Of a stretch of DNA of 15,807 nucleotides, positions 1-10,796 are shown piece by piece (the first letter of the stretch is position 1; each line of letters opens with the position of its first letter). The translations under genes were made by a program, and so were the position numbers. A model generated the notes under the pieces. The model was not told the origin of the DNA. It worked only from the letters and a program-made list of their open reading frames with translations, and did not search any database. This DNA is from Tubiluchus corallicola (lineage: Eukaryota; Animalia; Priapulida), in NCBI GenBank assembly GCA_030141605.1, contig JAQGDQ010002075.1, positions 1-15,807 of the forward strand. The letters are read 5' to 3'.

Positions 1-449
1 CATTCATTCATTCATTCATTCATTCATTCATTCATTCATTCATTCATTCGTTTGTTCATTCATTCATTCATTCATTCATTCATTCATTCATTCATTCATT
101 CATTCATTCATTCATTCATTCATTCATTCATTCATTCATTCATTCATTCAGTCATTAGTTCATTCGTTCGTTTTTTTATTTTTTGTTCTTTCATTCATTT
201 ATTTTTTGTGCATTCATTCATTCGTTCATTCATTCATTCATTCATTCATACATTCGTTCCTTCGTTCATTCATTCATTCGTTATTCATTCGTTCATTCAT
301 TCATTCATGCATTTATACATTTGTTCACTTATTCATTCATTTATCTACTCATTCATTCATTCGTTTATTCATTCGTTTGCTCGTTTCTTCATTCATTCAT
401 TCACTCATTTATTTATTCATTCATCGATTCGTTCGTTCATTCATTCATT
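1..449. repeat. (CATT)n tetranucleotide microsatellite, near-perfect to ~150 then degenerate; truncated by window start
   Basis: Direct CATT tandem runs; the FIHS/HSFI ORFs in three frames are its translation. Confidence 0.98.
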
Positions 450-779
450 CTAAGACACCCATTCATTCTTCGTGCATTCAGTCACGTTACATTAATATTT
501 TATTCACTCTTTTACCTCACCATTTTACCAACATCATTCCACTACTCAATTAGTCATTCATGCCATTAATTTCTTCTTTCACTCGCTCTCCAGCTCATCA
601 ATCATTCTTATCAATAAAAATCTATTAAAATTCTTAACGAAGATGAATTAAAAAACAGTGGTTTACCACCAAACACAGAGTGATGCACAATAGAGTCTTC
701 ATCCTCCTGCAAGAAAAAAACAAATTATAACTCTTATTTTCCTCACTAGATGTCACTGCTATCTGTAAGCATCGAATGG

Positions 780-935
780 GTAGCGAGAAATCCGCGCTTT
801 CTCTATTTCAGGAATTGAACCACTGAGACTTTGTGATTGCCATGAGGGTAACATGCCATTCCAGGGACCCTAGTTCGAATCCTCAAAGAGCCCATCAGAT
901 TTTTAATCTCCTACTAATGATTCTAAGTCCAAGAT
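780..935. mobile_element. Possible degraded tRNA-derived SINE fragment(s)
   Basis: B-box-like GTTCGAATCC at ~873-882 (+) and GGTTCAATTCC on the minus strand at ~810-821. No clear A box or cloverleaf. Confidence 0.25.
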
Positions 936-939
936 TTAA

Positions 940-1612
940 AGCACAAGAAAAGAGGTACCTAAAATAGGCTTCAGAAAAATCGCCTCAAATTACATTACTT
1001 TATAGCAATTTTATACATATATCGTATTCGCGTTGAAGGGATTTTTTGTTTGTTTTCATTTTAAATCTCCCGCAATACTGTTCCGACGGCGCCATTACAT
1101 GACGTCATATACGCACAACGTAAATCAGGGGAAGAAAAGGAAATGTTAAATTATGTCCCAAAAAACTTTCCATGCAAATCTATATTACTTAGCATTTCAC
1201 TTACCTGCTGGAAAGACTTATGTAACTAGAAATAATAATTTAAAATGTTTTCACCAATTGGTAAAATGTCGCTGACTCACCCTCCAGGGTGCGCCACTCA
1301 CTAACCAAAAAACGTATTTTTAATCTTATTGACAAGATACAGTAATTTAAAATTTTACTTAGTTAGTGACGTGTGCGCTACGAATGCTCTGATTATTTTT
1401 TCAAACTTTACTCAATGTTATCTAAACTTGTTTCAAATGACTTATCGTCAAAATGGCTGCGTCTAACGGTCACCGCGGGAGTCTAAATTTACAAGTTTTA
1501 TACAACGTTACTACCGATGTAAGTCCTGCACACAAAAGGGCAGTATGGAAGTGGTACAAAATTTCGAGACGAATTTTTTATGCTAAACGTAAGTGGAGGG
1601 TTTCCATGTGCT
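940..1612 (+). mobile_element. Non-autonomous Kolobok-type DNA transposon, copy 1 (~673 bp)
   Basis: TTAA at 936-939 and 1613-1616. Termini AG...CT with ~12-bp imperfect TIR (AGCACAAGAAAA vs AGCACATGGAAA, 10/12). Full-length inverted copy at 12023-12690 with the same boundaries. TTAA TSD plus RR..YY termini is the Kolobok signature. No transposase ORF. Confidence 0.85.
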
Positions 1613-1813
1613 TTAACAAATAGCAACTCCTAAAGCATGAGAATAATGTTTCAATAAATTCTACTTCACAGCAACATGTTTCTTTCAACATTATAATTCA
1701 ACAATATCTTTCAACAATATGACATAACATGTTGTTTATTAGCGCAAGCAATCGTTTCGACAGCAACTGTCATTTTCAATGCTATGAGCTAAACCAAAAC
1801 ACATAATCAGGGC

Positions 1814-2165
1814 AATACGCTTTTTCAAAGTTCCAGCGATTGATGATGATCGTGAAAAGGTCAAAGGTTAAGTGCACCAGACAACGCATCACGTGACAAC
1901 GCCTCGCGGCCCATGCTATTGTAATAGTAGCAGTTTTAACAGCTAGCTAGAATTTTACCTAGTTCATTTTTTCTTGTTCCCAAGCAAGATCCTGCTAGTA
2001 AATCACTCTACTCACATACTAGTGCATAATTAAGTAAAGTCAACGAAAAACAACTGAAGTTCACTGAACTGATGCAGTAAACGGTTTTGGTTTACACGCA
2101 TGTCACGTGGCGGTTCTATTGACACACTTAACCTTTAACCTACAACAACTGCGCGTGCGCACAAC
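1814..2165 (+). mobile_element. MITE family M copy (right terminus degraded)
   Basis: Collinear with 9259-9605 (GCGATTGATGATGATCGTGAAAAGGTCAAA...CTAGTTCATTTTTTCTTGTT...GCGCGTGCGCACAAC). Confidence 0.8.
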
Positions 2166-2771
2166 ACTTCGCAAAACACTAGTTCACAAGAATGTTTTCA
2201 ATATTACTAAGACCACGATGGTAAAGTTTCAGCATTATCGCACAGTCCACAGGTACATGCAGTCATACAGTAACTGAATTAAAACACATGAGACTCTTCA
2301 GCAGAACTTTTCAGTGTCTAAGTTACTGAATCAGGTGCTAATTGTATTCAGTAACAAACATGGCTACTTTCAGCCACAATTTTAGTTTTGTACTTTAACC
2401 TAAATTTTTGATATAATTGCAGAAGTAGACACTGAAGAGCTCTGCTGAAAACTCTTATGTCTTTCAATTTAGTTACTGTATGATTGCAAATACCACGTAA
2501 AATAACTAAAGTTACTGAACTGATGCGTTAGATGGCTTTGCTTTACCCACATGTCACGTGACGGTGTGCATGACTGCATGTACCTGTACACTGTGCAATA
2601 AATGCTGAAACTTTACCATCATGCTAATATTCAAAACATTCTTGTGAAGAATTGTCATAAACAGTCTCGTTGTGCGCACGCGCAGTTGCTGTAGGCTAAA
2701 GGTTAAGTGTGTCAATACAGCCGCCACGTGACGTGCGGATAAAGCAAAGCCGTCTGCCGCATCAGTTCAGT
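2063..2771. repeat. Fold-back inverted duplication (arms ~2063-2320 and ~2426-2771) with an inserted family-M fragment at 2493-2569
   Basis: 2063-2165 pairs with 2669-2771, 2183-2266 with 2570-2648, and 2258-2320 with 2426-2488. Perfect 10-bp inverted repeat GTTACTGAAT/ATTCAGTAAC in the spacer (2322-2355). Confidence 0.88.
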
Positions 2772-3067
2772 AAAGTCTTAGTATCATTTAAAGCGTTCTT
2801 ATAACTGTGTAAGTAATTACTCCATGCCTTAATTAGCGTGTCATAAATGTACCTATAATTTGTTTTTGCTTAATTTATAGCATTGAAAACGATAGACGCT
2901 AATAAGCAATGCTTATTTAACTTAAAGGAAGAGTGGATGATTTTCCATAAGCTACCCCATTTTAAAGTACGATAAAAAGTATATAGTTTAACTTAATTAA
3001 TACTGCAAAAACATTTCTGATAATTAAATAATAGATTAAAAACTTAATTAATGAGAGACGAGCCCAA

Positions 3068-4208
3068 CTGTTGATGACATCACAAACTAACATAATTTTC
3101 AACAGCAAAAATATTCCACGAGCGTGTTGCACGTGTTTTCGAAAGCAAAAATTGAAGTGCAGTGCTACTGTAAGATATTCAGTATGTTGTACTAAAACTG
3201 GGCAAGTTTTAAGATAAAAATTCAAATTTTAAATTTACCGCTGTGCTCACGCATGAGCTGTGGAACGTGTGTAGTTTCTCACAAACTAACACATCTGAAC
3301 TGAGAGATACAGCATCTGTTTTTTTTTGTGCAACGCTTTCCGAAACGCAGGTGCTAGTGCCCGTCTAACTAGTGAATGGTGAAATGAATGTAACAGTGAA
3401 GAACTAGTGGCGCGAACGTGAAATTGCGTTTGTGTGATAATAATTCTTTCACGTAAATCATTTTTGCAAAAAAATTGTACGTTTCTTTTTAATATTTAAA
3501 GAGCAGATTGTTTTGACCTACAGTTTATGTTTGTGCAAAACAAGGCATCATTGATAAATCTTTAGAGCTGATGTCAACATAGCGTAATCTATTATCTTTC
3601 TTCGTACCATTTCCACTAACACATCCTTCTACCCTTCCTGTGTGATCTAGCCTTTCTCCCGGTTCTTTTTTTGTTCACCCATCCATTCTTTTTTTATCGG
3701 GTTCACATGACAGTGGGCTTATACAAGCCTTTGCTTCTCTAGCCCACTGCAGTACAATTATTCTTTTATGATAACGATAGCGTATGAAACATAACAATTT
3801 AATACAGCAGATGTAATAATTCTGATGTCACCGTGTGCTTTATATTGTACTGAATGTGATAATAATAATAAATAAAAATAATAATAAAAAACAGTTTACG
3901 ATGGCGTCAAATAAGACTAAAATTTAACTGTATTTCGGAAAGCGTTGCACAAAAAACAGATGCTGTATCTCTCGGTTCAGATGTGTTAGTTTGTGAGAAA
4001 CTACACACATTTGACAGCTCATGCGTGAGCACAGTAGTAAATTTGAAATTTGAATTTTTATCTTAAACCTTGCCTAGTTTTAGTACAACAATCTGAATAT
4101 CTCACAGTAGCACTGTACCTCAATTTTTGCTTTCGCAAACACGTGCAGCACGCACTTTGAATATTTTTGCTGTTGAAAATTATATTAGTTTGTGATGTCA
4201 TCCAACAG
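3068..4208. mobile_element. ~280-bp inverted repeat pair (3068-3350 and 3928-4208): long-TIR MITE/foldback element, or two inverted copies of a short element
   Basis: CTGTTGATGACATCACAAACTAAC...CCGAAACGCAG is reverse-complementary to CTGTATTTCGG...GTGATGTCATCCAACAG. Each arm begins CTG and ends CAG. No clear TSD. Confidence 0.8.
3858..3888. repeat. Short (AAT)n microsatellite
   Basis: AATAATAATAAATAAAAATAATAATAA run. Confidence 0.7.
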
Positions 4209-4900
4209 TGCTATTCCTTAGCACTTACAATGCAAAACGTAAAAAAAAAATCAATAATCGAATACTAACCAATTTCTTGTGAATCCCGTTAGTTTACCGT
4301 GCAGCACAGAACGTTTCTGGTCACCCGAACGGGGGTACCTCTCCTCTTATATGCCGAGAAGGTTGGAACAAACTTAACCTCCTCATCCATTAGCATCAAG
4401 GATAAAAACACCTTGTCGCGGAGGCTGCGGAAAACTAAAGGTTAAAATGTAATCCATGTGTTTACACCTGAGAAGTTTTAATCACGGGGACACGATCTAC
4501 CTGCCCCGTTATTACACCTGTCCACAGGTAGAAAGATAACACCCGTTCGTGCTTGATAATACATTATCACACCTGTAACTACGTTCTGATTGCAAGGTCG
4601 GCAGGTACGCATAAGGTAATGTTTGGCTAGCTAACGAATTCTATTATCTATGGTGGAAATATAATTATTAATTTCGCGAATATTGTCCAGACAAGGTCGC
4701 TGGCGATGATAAATTAAGCAGAGTTCTCACACAATGGTGAGAATTACATGGACACCTGAAGAACACCTTTGTAGTTGTCACCTTTGATCACGTGGGGGCG
4801 TTTTCAATCTAATTAAACCCACAATTTTGAAGTTTCAAATATTTGCTAACATTCGAAATAATAAACTATTGGTTCCATTTTTTAAGTTTTTTTGCTATGG

Positions 4901-5560
4901 ATTAAATTACTGAGATTTGTGGGCAGAGCATTGATACTGCATTGCATTAAATTGTTAAGATTTGTGGGCAGAGCATTGGTACTACATTGCATTAAATTGT
5001 TAAGATTTGTGGGCAGAGCATTGGTACTGCATTGCATTAAATTGTTAAGATTTGTGGGCAGAGCATTGGTACTGCATTGCATTAAATTGTTAAGATTTGT
5101 GGGCAGAGCATTGGTACTGCATTGCATTAAATTGTTAAGATTTGTGGACGGAGCATTGGTACTACATTGCATTAAATTGTCAAGATTCGTGGGCGGAGCA
5201 TTGGTACTGCATTGCATTAAATTGTCAAGATTTGTGGGCAGAGCATTGGTACTACATTACATTAAATTGTTCAGATTCGTGGGCAGAGCATTGGTACTGC
5301 ATTGCATTAAATTGTTAAGATTTGTGGGCGGAGCACTGGTACTGCATTGCATTAAATTGTCAAGATTTGCGGGCGGAGCATTGGTACTGCATTGCATTAA
5401 ATTGTCAAGATTTGCGGGCAGAGCATTGGTACTGCATTGCATTAAATTGTTCAGATTCGTGGGCAGAGCATTGGTACTGCATTGCATTAAATTGTTAAGA
5501 TTTGTGGGCAGAGCATTGGTACTGCATTGCATTAAATTGTTAAGATTTGTGGGCGGAGCC
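4901..5560. repeat. 45-bp minisatellite, ~14.7 copies
   Basis: Unit ATTAAATTGTTAAGATTTGTGGGCAGAGCATTGGTACTGCATTGC; gives the 15-aa periodic ORFs. Confidence 0.97.
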
Positions 5561-5565
5561 ATTTA

Positions 5566-5787
5566 ATTCAAGTGTTCACAGTTTCCATTCAAGTGTTCAC
5601 AGTTTCCATTCAAGTGTTCACAATTTCCATTCAGGAGTTCACAGTTTCCATTCAAGTGCTCACAATTTCCATTCAAGTGTTCACAATTTCCATTCAGGAG
5701 TTCACAGTTTCCATTCAGGAGTTCACAGTTTTCATTCAAGTGTTCACAGTTTCCATTCAGATGTTCACAGTTTCCATCCAGGTGTTT
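5566..5787. repeat. 21-bp minisatellite, ~10.5 copies
   Basis: Unit TTCAAGTGTTCACAGTTTCCA; directly abuts the 45-bp array. Confidence 0.97.
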
Positions 5788-6363
5788 CAAAATGTGTCAG
5801 TTCTCGTATGTAATTATCATAAATTGAAAATAAACGAACTCTATAAACAAGAGAACTGTACCTTTTAGACAGCCGGTTGTCATAAGTGAATAAACACCTT
5901 TTTGAATTATAGTGTGAAATTGAACACGCTTTGTTGAACACGCAAATGCAGAACAGGCATATTGTAGATGAAATAACTCTCCGGACGTCTTTATTGTATG
6001 CAATTTTTTGTGATTAAAACTATAATCAAAAAATTTGTGCCGCAGAGCTGCAAAAACATGAACGACAACGAGGATGAAAACAAGAATTACAACACGGCAA
6101 AACAGACCTTTTTGTAGAGTTACTTAGCAGGCCAGGAATCTTATAATAGACTTCTTTGTGATACACATGAACATCTATTCAACTACTAACATATGTGCAT
6201 AACTGGGGTAATTTGGCAACCCTTATAAGCTAAACAATTTACCTGCAGCCCTGGTGTAATAACATGTAATTTCACGTAAGAGCCTTAAGATGTCGTAACA
6301 GCCTTTGATCTACATTTCAGATGGTTACAAACATGAAGAATTCGCAAATAACAGTAGAGCATG

Positions 6364-7305
<942 letters not shown>

Positions 7306-7510
7306 CGTACTAGACGGGTGGTAAAATTAACAACATTTGTTTCACATCTGTCTCCAGGCATGGGCAATCGATATAATTGGCAATACTTTTCCTAGCTAAA
7401 AGCACTCACAGTTACGCTACAGATCAAATGATATTTTCAGAAACCTGAGCAGATCATTTAGCGGCAGGTGGTAAAAGCATTAGAACTAGTAAGAAGTGTT
7501 TTTACTGGGC

Positions 7511-7793
7511 AATAAACCTTTTCACAGTTTCGTTTTGCGCATGCGCAGTTGCTGTAGGTCGAGGGTAAAGTGTACCACAGTAACGCGTCTTGACTACAAC
7601 GATCACGTGAGATGTGTGTAAAGCAAAGCCATCTACCGGATCAGTTCAGTAATTTCGGTTGCTTTACGTGGACTTAACTTATTTATGCATTAGTCTGTTC
7701 GTAGAGTGATTTACTAGCAAGGATCTTGCTTGGGAACAAGAAAAAATGAACTAGGTAAGGTTCTAGCCAGCTGTTAAAACTGTTACTATTACA
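7511..7793 (-). mobile_element. MITE family M copy, inverted, interrupted by the 59-bp array
   Basis: Reverse complement of ~9362-9625; starts AATAAACCTTTTCACAGTTTCG. A possible degraded other terminus lies at ~8187-8209 (TGCAGCCGTGAAAAGTGGCAATT). Confidence 0.85.
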
Positions 7794-8175
7794 TAATTTC
7801 TGAGTTGGTGCAGTAAAAACATAGGTTGAGCGACGCCCTGTACACTAGAAACTAATTTCTGAGTTGGTGCTGTAAAAGCATAGGTTGAGGGACGCCCTGT
7901 ACACTAGAAACTAATTTCTGAGTTGGTGCAGTAAAAGCATAGGTTGAGGGACGCCCTGTACACTAGAAACTAATTTCTGAGTTGGTACAGTAAAAGCATA
8001 GGTTGAGGGACGCCCTGTACACTAGAAACTAATTTCTGGGTTGGTACAGTAAAAACATAGGTTGAGGGACGCCCTGTACACTAGAAACTAATTTCTGAGT
8101 TGGTACAGTAAAAACATAGGTTGAGGGACGCCCTGTACACTAGAAACTAATTTCTGAGTTGGTACAGTAAAAACA
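7794..8175. repeat. 59-bp minisatellite, ~6.5 copies
   Basis: Unit TAATTTCTGAGTTGGTRCAGTAAAARCATAGGTTGAGGGACGCCCTGTACACTAGAAAC; starts at 7794, 7853, 7912, 7971, 8030, 8089, 8148. Confidence 0.97.
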
Positions 8176-8370
8176 AAAGCGCATCTTGCAGCCGTGAAAA
8201 GTGGCAATTAGTAATCAAAGTCATAAACAATTGAAGACAACACTAAAGTGCTCTCCTTTTTCACAAAATATTTACTTTCCTTTTAGTAATAATATTTGTT
8301 CTGCCTTTGTTGACACAATGTTTAGAGAACTTCATTATCAATGTTTACATTGCAGTTTTTGCTCTTTTTG

Positions 8371-9177
8371 TCAAACAATAGAATGCTCATTTCCCTAGCA
8401 ACAGAATGCTATTTTGCCTAACAACAGAATGCTATTTTGCCTAACAATACAATGCAGTTTAGCCTAACAACAAAATGTTGTTTTGCCTAACAACAGAATG
8501 CTGTTTTGCCTAACAATACAATGCAGTTTAGCCTAACAACAAAATGCTGTTTTGCCTAACAACAGAATGCTGTTTTGCCTAACAATACAATGCAGTTTAG
8601 CCTAACAACAAAATGGTGTTTTGCCTAACAACAGAATGCTGTTTTGCCTAACAATACAATGCAATTTAGCCTAACAACAGAAAGCTGCTTTGCCTAACAA
8701 CAGAATGTGTTTTGTACAACAATGCAAATGGTGTTTTGCCTAACAACAGAATGCTGTTTTGCCTAACAATACAATGCAGTTTAGCCTAACAACAAAATGG
8801 TGTTTTGCCTAACAACAGAATGCTGTTTTGCCTAACAATACAATGCAGTTTAGCCTAACAACAAAATGTTGTTTTGCCTAACAACAGAATGCTTTTAAGC
8901 CTAACAATACAATGCTGTTTTGCCTAACAACAAAATGCAGTTTAGCCTAACAACAAAATGGTGTTTTGCCTAACAACAGAATGCTGTTTTGCCTAACAAT
9001 ACAATGCAGTTTAGCCTAACAACAAAATGTTTTGCCTAACAACAGAATGCTGCTTTGCCTAACAACAGAATGCTGTTTTGCCTAACAATACAATGCAGTT
9101 TAGCCTAACAACAAAATGGTGTTTTGCCTAACAACAGAATGCTGTTTTGCCTAACAATACAATGCAGTTTTTGTCTA
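8371..9177. repeat. 23-bp minisatellite (~35 monomers) with 69-bp trimeric higher-order repeat
   Basis: Monomers GCCTAACAACAGAATGCTGTTTT / GCCTAACAATACAATGCAGTTTA / GCCTAACAACAAAATGKTGTTTT recur in ABC order. Confidence 0.95.
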
Positions 9178-9258
9178 AGAGCATTGTACTCATTGTTTTC
9201 CTGCTATTTCTCTGCACACGCTGCATTTAAATCTAATGGAATTTTATTTTTCTTTCTG

Positions 9259-9625
9259 AACAAGCCTTTTTGCAGTTGCAGCGATTGATGATGATCGTGA
9301 AAAGGTCAAATGTTTAGTGCACCAGACAACGCATATGTGTACACTTGACAACCCATGCTATTGTAATAGTAACAGTTTTAACAGCTAGCTAGAACATTAC
9401 CTAGTTCATTTTTTCTTGTTCTCAAGCCAGATCCTGCTAGTAAATCACTCTACGCACATACTAGTGCATAAATAAGTTGAGTCCACGTAAAGCAACTGAA
9501 ATCACTGATCTGATGCGGCAGACGGCTTGGCTTTACCCACATGTCAGATGACGGTTGTGCTTACGTTTCGTTGCCGTGGCACACTCGTTGCGCGTGCGCA
9601 CAACGAAACAGTGAAAAGGCTTATT
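9259..9625 (+). mobile_element. MITE family M, apparently full-length (~365 bp) with ~21-bp imperfect TIRs
   Basis: Left end AACAAGCCTTTTTGCAGTTGC vs reverse complement of right end AATAAGCCTTTTCACTGTTTC (16/21). Other copies or fragments at 1814-2165, 2493-2569, 2669-2771 and 7511-7793. Superfamily not assignable. Confidence 0.8.
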
Positions 9626-9665
9626 GTCTGTAAATATTTACCATTGTCTATTACTGCTACTTTCT

Positions 9666-9671
9666 TTTATT
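9666..9671 (-). promoter_or_regulatory. Candidate polyadenylation signal AATAAA for the GPCR
   Basis: TTTATT on + strand, ~28 nt past the GPCR stop codon. The context is AT-rich, so it could be chance. Confidence 0.4.
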
Positions 9672-9698
9672 AATACTTCATTAACATTAATTCATTCT

Positions 9699-10658
9699 TC
9701 AGAAAACCAAGTGAGTGAGTTCCTTATCGCAAAAGAATATCTTCTTCATGGCTCTGCGAAATTCTTTCAACTTGGCGGTGTAGATGAACACGTTAAACAG
9801 CGAGTTGCAGACGAATAGGAGGTAGAACCAGTACTTAGTTGCTGGGTCGACATTCAGTGAGTCCGGCCCGTAATAATCAAGTAGGTTAACAATGACGCCT
9901 GGAACCGCCATCAGGTACAGCACGCCTACAGTAATGCCCACAGTCCTGGCAAGTTTCAGCTTTGCCTGTAACTCTGTGCCCCCGGTCTCAGAGGTCAACA
10001 CTCCGGGTGCACTGTGAATTGCCCTCATATGTCTCCTGGCCACCCTTACCATCGACGCGTAAAAGTAAAAAATCAGGAGAAAACTAACAAGGGGAATAGG
10101 TGCGAATACGGCCACGTTTCCAAAGTTGTACGGGGTCCTGCCGCTAGATGGCGAACACTGGTACACTCGCGATTCCGTGCTGACGTAAACTACTAAATTG
10201 TTCAAGGCCGCCAGAAGGCAGCCACTCCAAATGACAACCATGGTTGTCAGAAACGTGCATCTGGTCACCCACCTGATGTAAAACATTGGATGGACGATAC
10301 TGAGGTACCTCTCGAACGTAGCGGTCAGATACATGTAAAATGAAACGGCTAGGAAGGCGTATCCAAACATGTACAGCACCCCGCAAGAGACTACGTCCTC
10401 CCTCCAATAGTCCCTCGTAATAAGAAACGCTGTGCCAAATATTGTCGAATAAACTCCAACGCACAGGTCACCAACGGCAAGATTGCACAGAATGTAGTAC
10501 GTTACCGTATGCAAAGATGGCGATCTCGCAATGGTGACGATGACTACAGCGTTGCCGGCAATGATGTGGATGCCCAGGAGCAGGAAGAAGACGTTTCTGG
10601 CATCTGATGAAAACTCCGATTCCAAGATCGTCTCTGAGGACAGATTTGCTGCTGCCAT
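9699..10658 (-). CDS. Intronless class A (rhodopsin-like) G-protein-coupled receptor, orphan, 319 aa
   Basis: Seven hydrophobic segments. TM1 GN, TM2 NLAVGD (LAxxD), TM3 C3.25...ERY, TM4 W, ECL2 Cys, TM5 Y, TM6 P, TM7 NSxxNxxIY, helix 8 KEFRRAMKKIFFC, N-terminal NLS glycosylation sequon. Strong Kozak context ACGATGG, in-frame upstream stop, GC-richer than flanks. Confidence 0.95.
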   Translation of the reverse strand: MAAANLSSETILESEFSSDARNVFFLLLGIHIIAGNAVVIVTIARSPSLHTVTYYILCNLAVGDLCVGVYSTIFGTAFLITRDYWREDVVSCGVLYMFGYAFLAVSFYMYLTATFERYLSIVHPMFYIRWVTRCTFLTTMVVIWSGCLLAALNNLVVYVSTESRVYQCSPSSGRTPYNFGNVAVFAPIPLVSFLLIFYFYASMVRVARRHMRAIHSAPGVLTSETGGTELQAKLKLARTVGITVGVLYLMAVPGVIVNLLDYYGPDSLNVDPATKYWFYLLFVCNSLFNVFIYTAKLKEFRRAMKKIFFCDKELTHLVF

Positions 10659-10780
10659 CGTGCGACAGAACCAGAAGGAAGAAACGGATTACTCTGTCTT
10701 CTGCTGATGACATGGCCATCATGGCGCACGCATGCGTATTAGACTTATTAAGCTTCATATCTGCTTATGCTTGCATATTC

Positions 10781-10796
10781 TAGCGCCACCTACCTG
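10781..10796 (-). promoter_or_regulatory. CTCF-like motif upstream of the GPCR
   Basis: CAGGTAGGTGGCGCTA vs CTCF core CCRSYAGRKGGCGCTA (one mismatch); also reads as a CAG/GTAGGT splice donor. Confidence 0.3.

Noticed and set aside
52-569. FIHS-repeat ORFs
   Set aside because: Translation of (CATT)n; open in all three frames because the repeat lacks stops.
4882-5868. Periodic 15-aa and 7-aa ORFs resembling repeat proteins
   Set aside because: Open on both strands, near-identical at DNA level with no sign of synonymous-site bias, and no unique domain or signal peptide.
7885-7910. Helitron-like 3' end (AGGG-ACG-CCCT hairpin then CTAG) in the 59-bp unit
   Set aside because: The stem is only 4 bp, CTAG is followed by A rather than T, and no 5' TC end was identified.
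7794-9177. CRISPR-like appearance of the 59-bp and 23-bp arrays (also the 32-bp array)
   Set aside because: Head-to-tail repeats without unique spacers, no cas genes, eukaryotic context.
9699-10658. Assignment as opsin, aminergic or adenosine receptor with a gene symbol
   Set aside because: No K7.43 and no D3.32, and no diagnostic family residues recognised; a phylogeny is needed.
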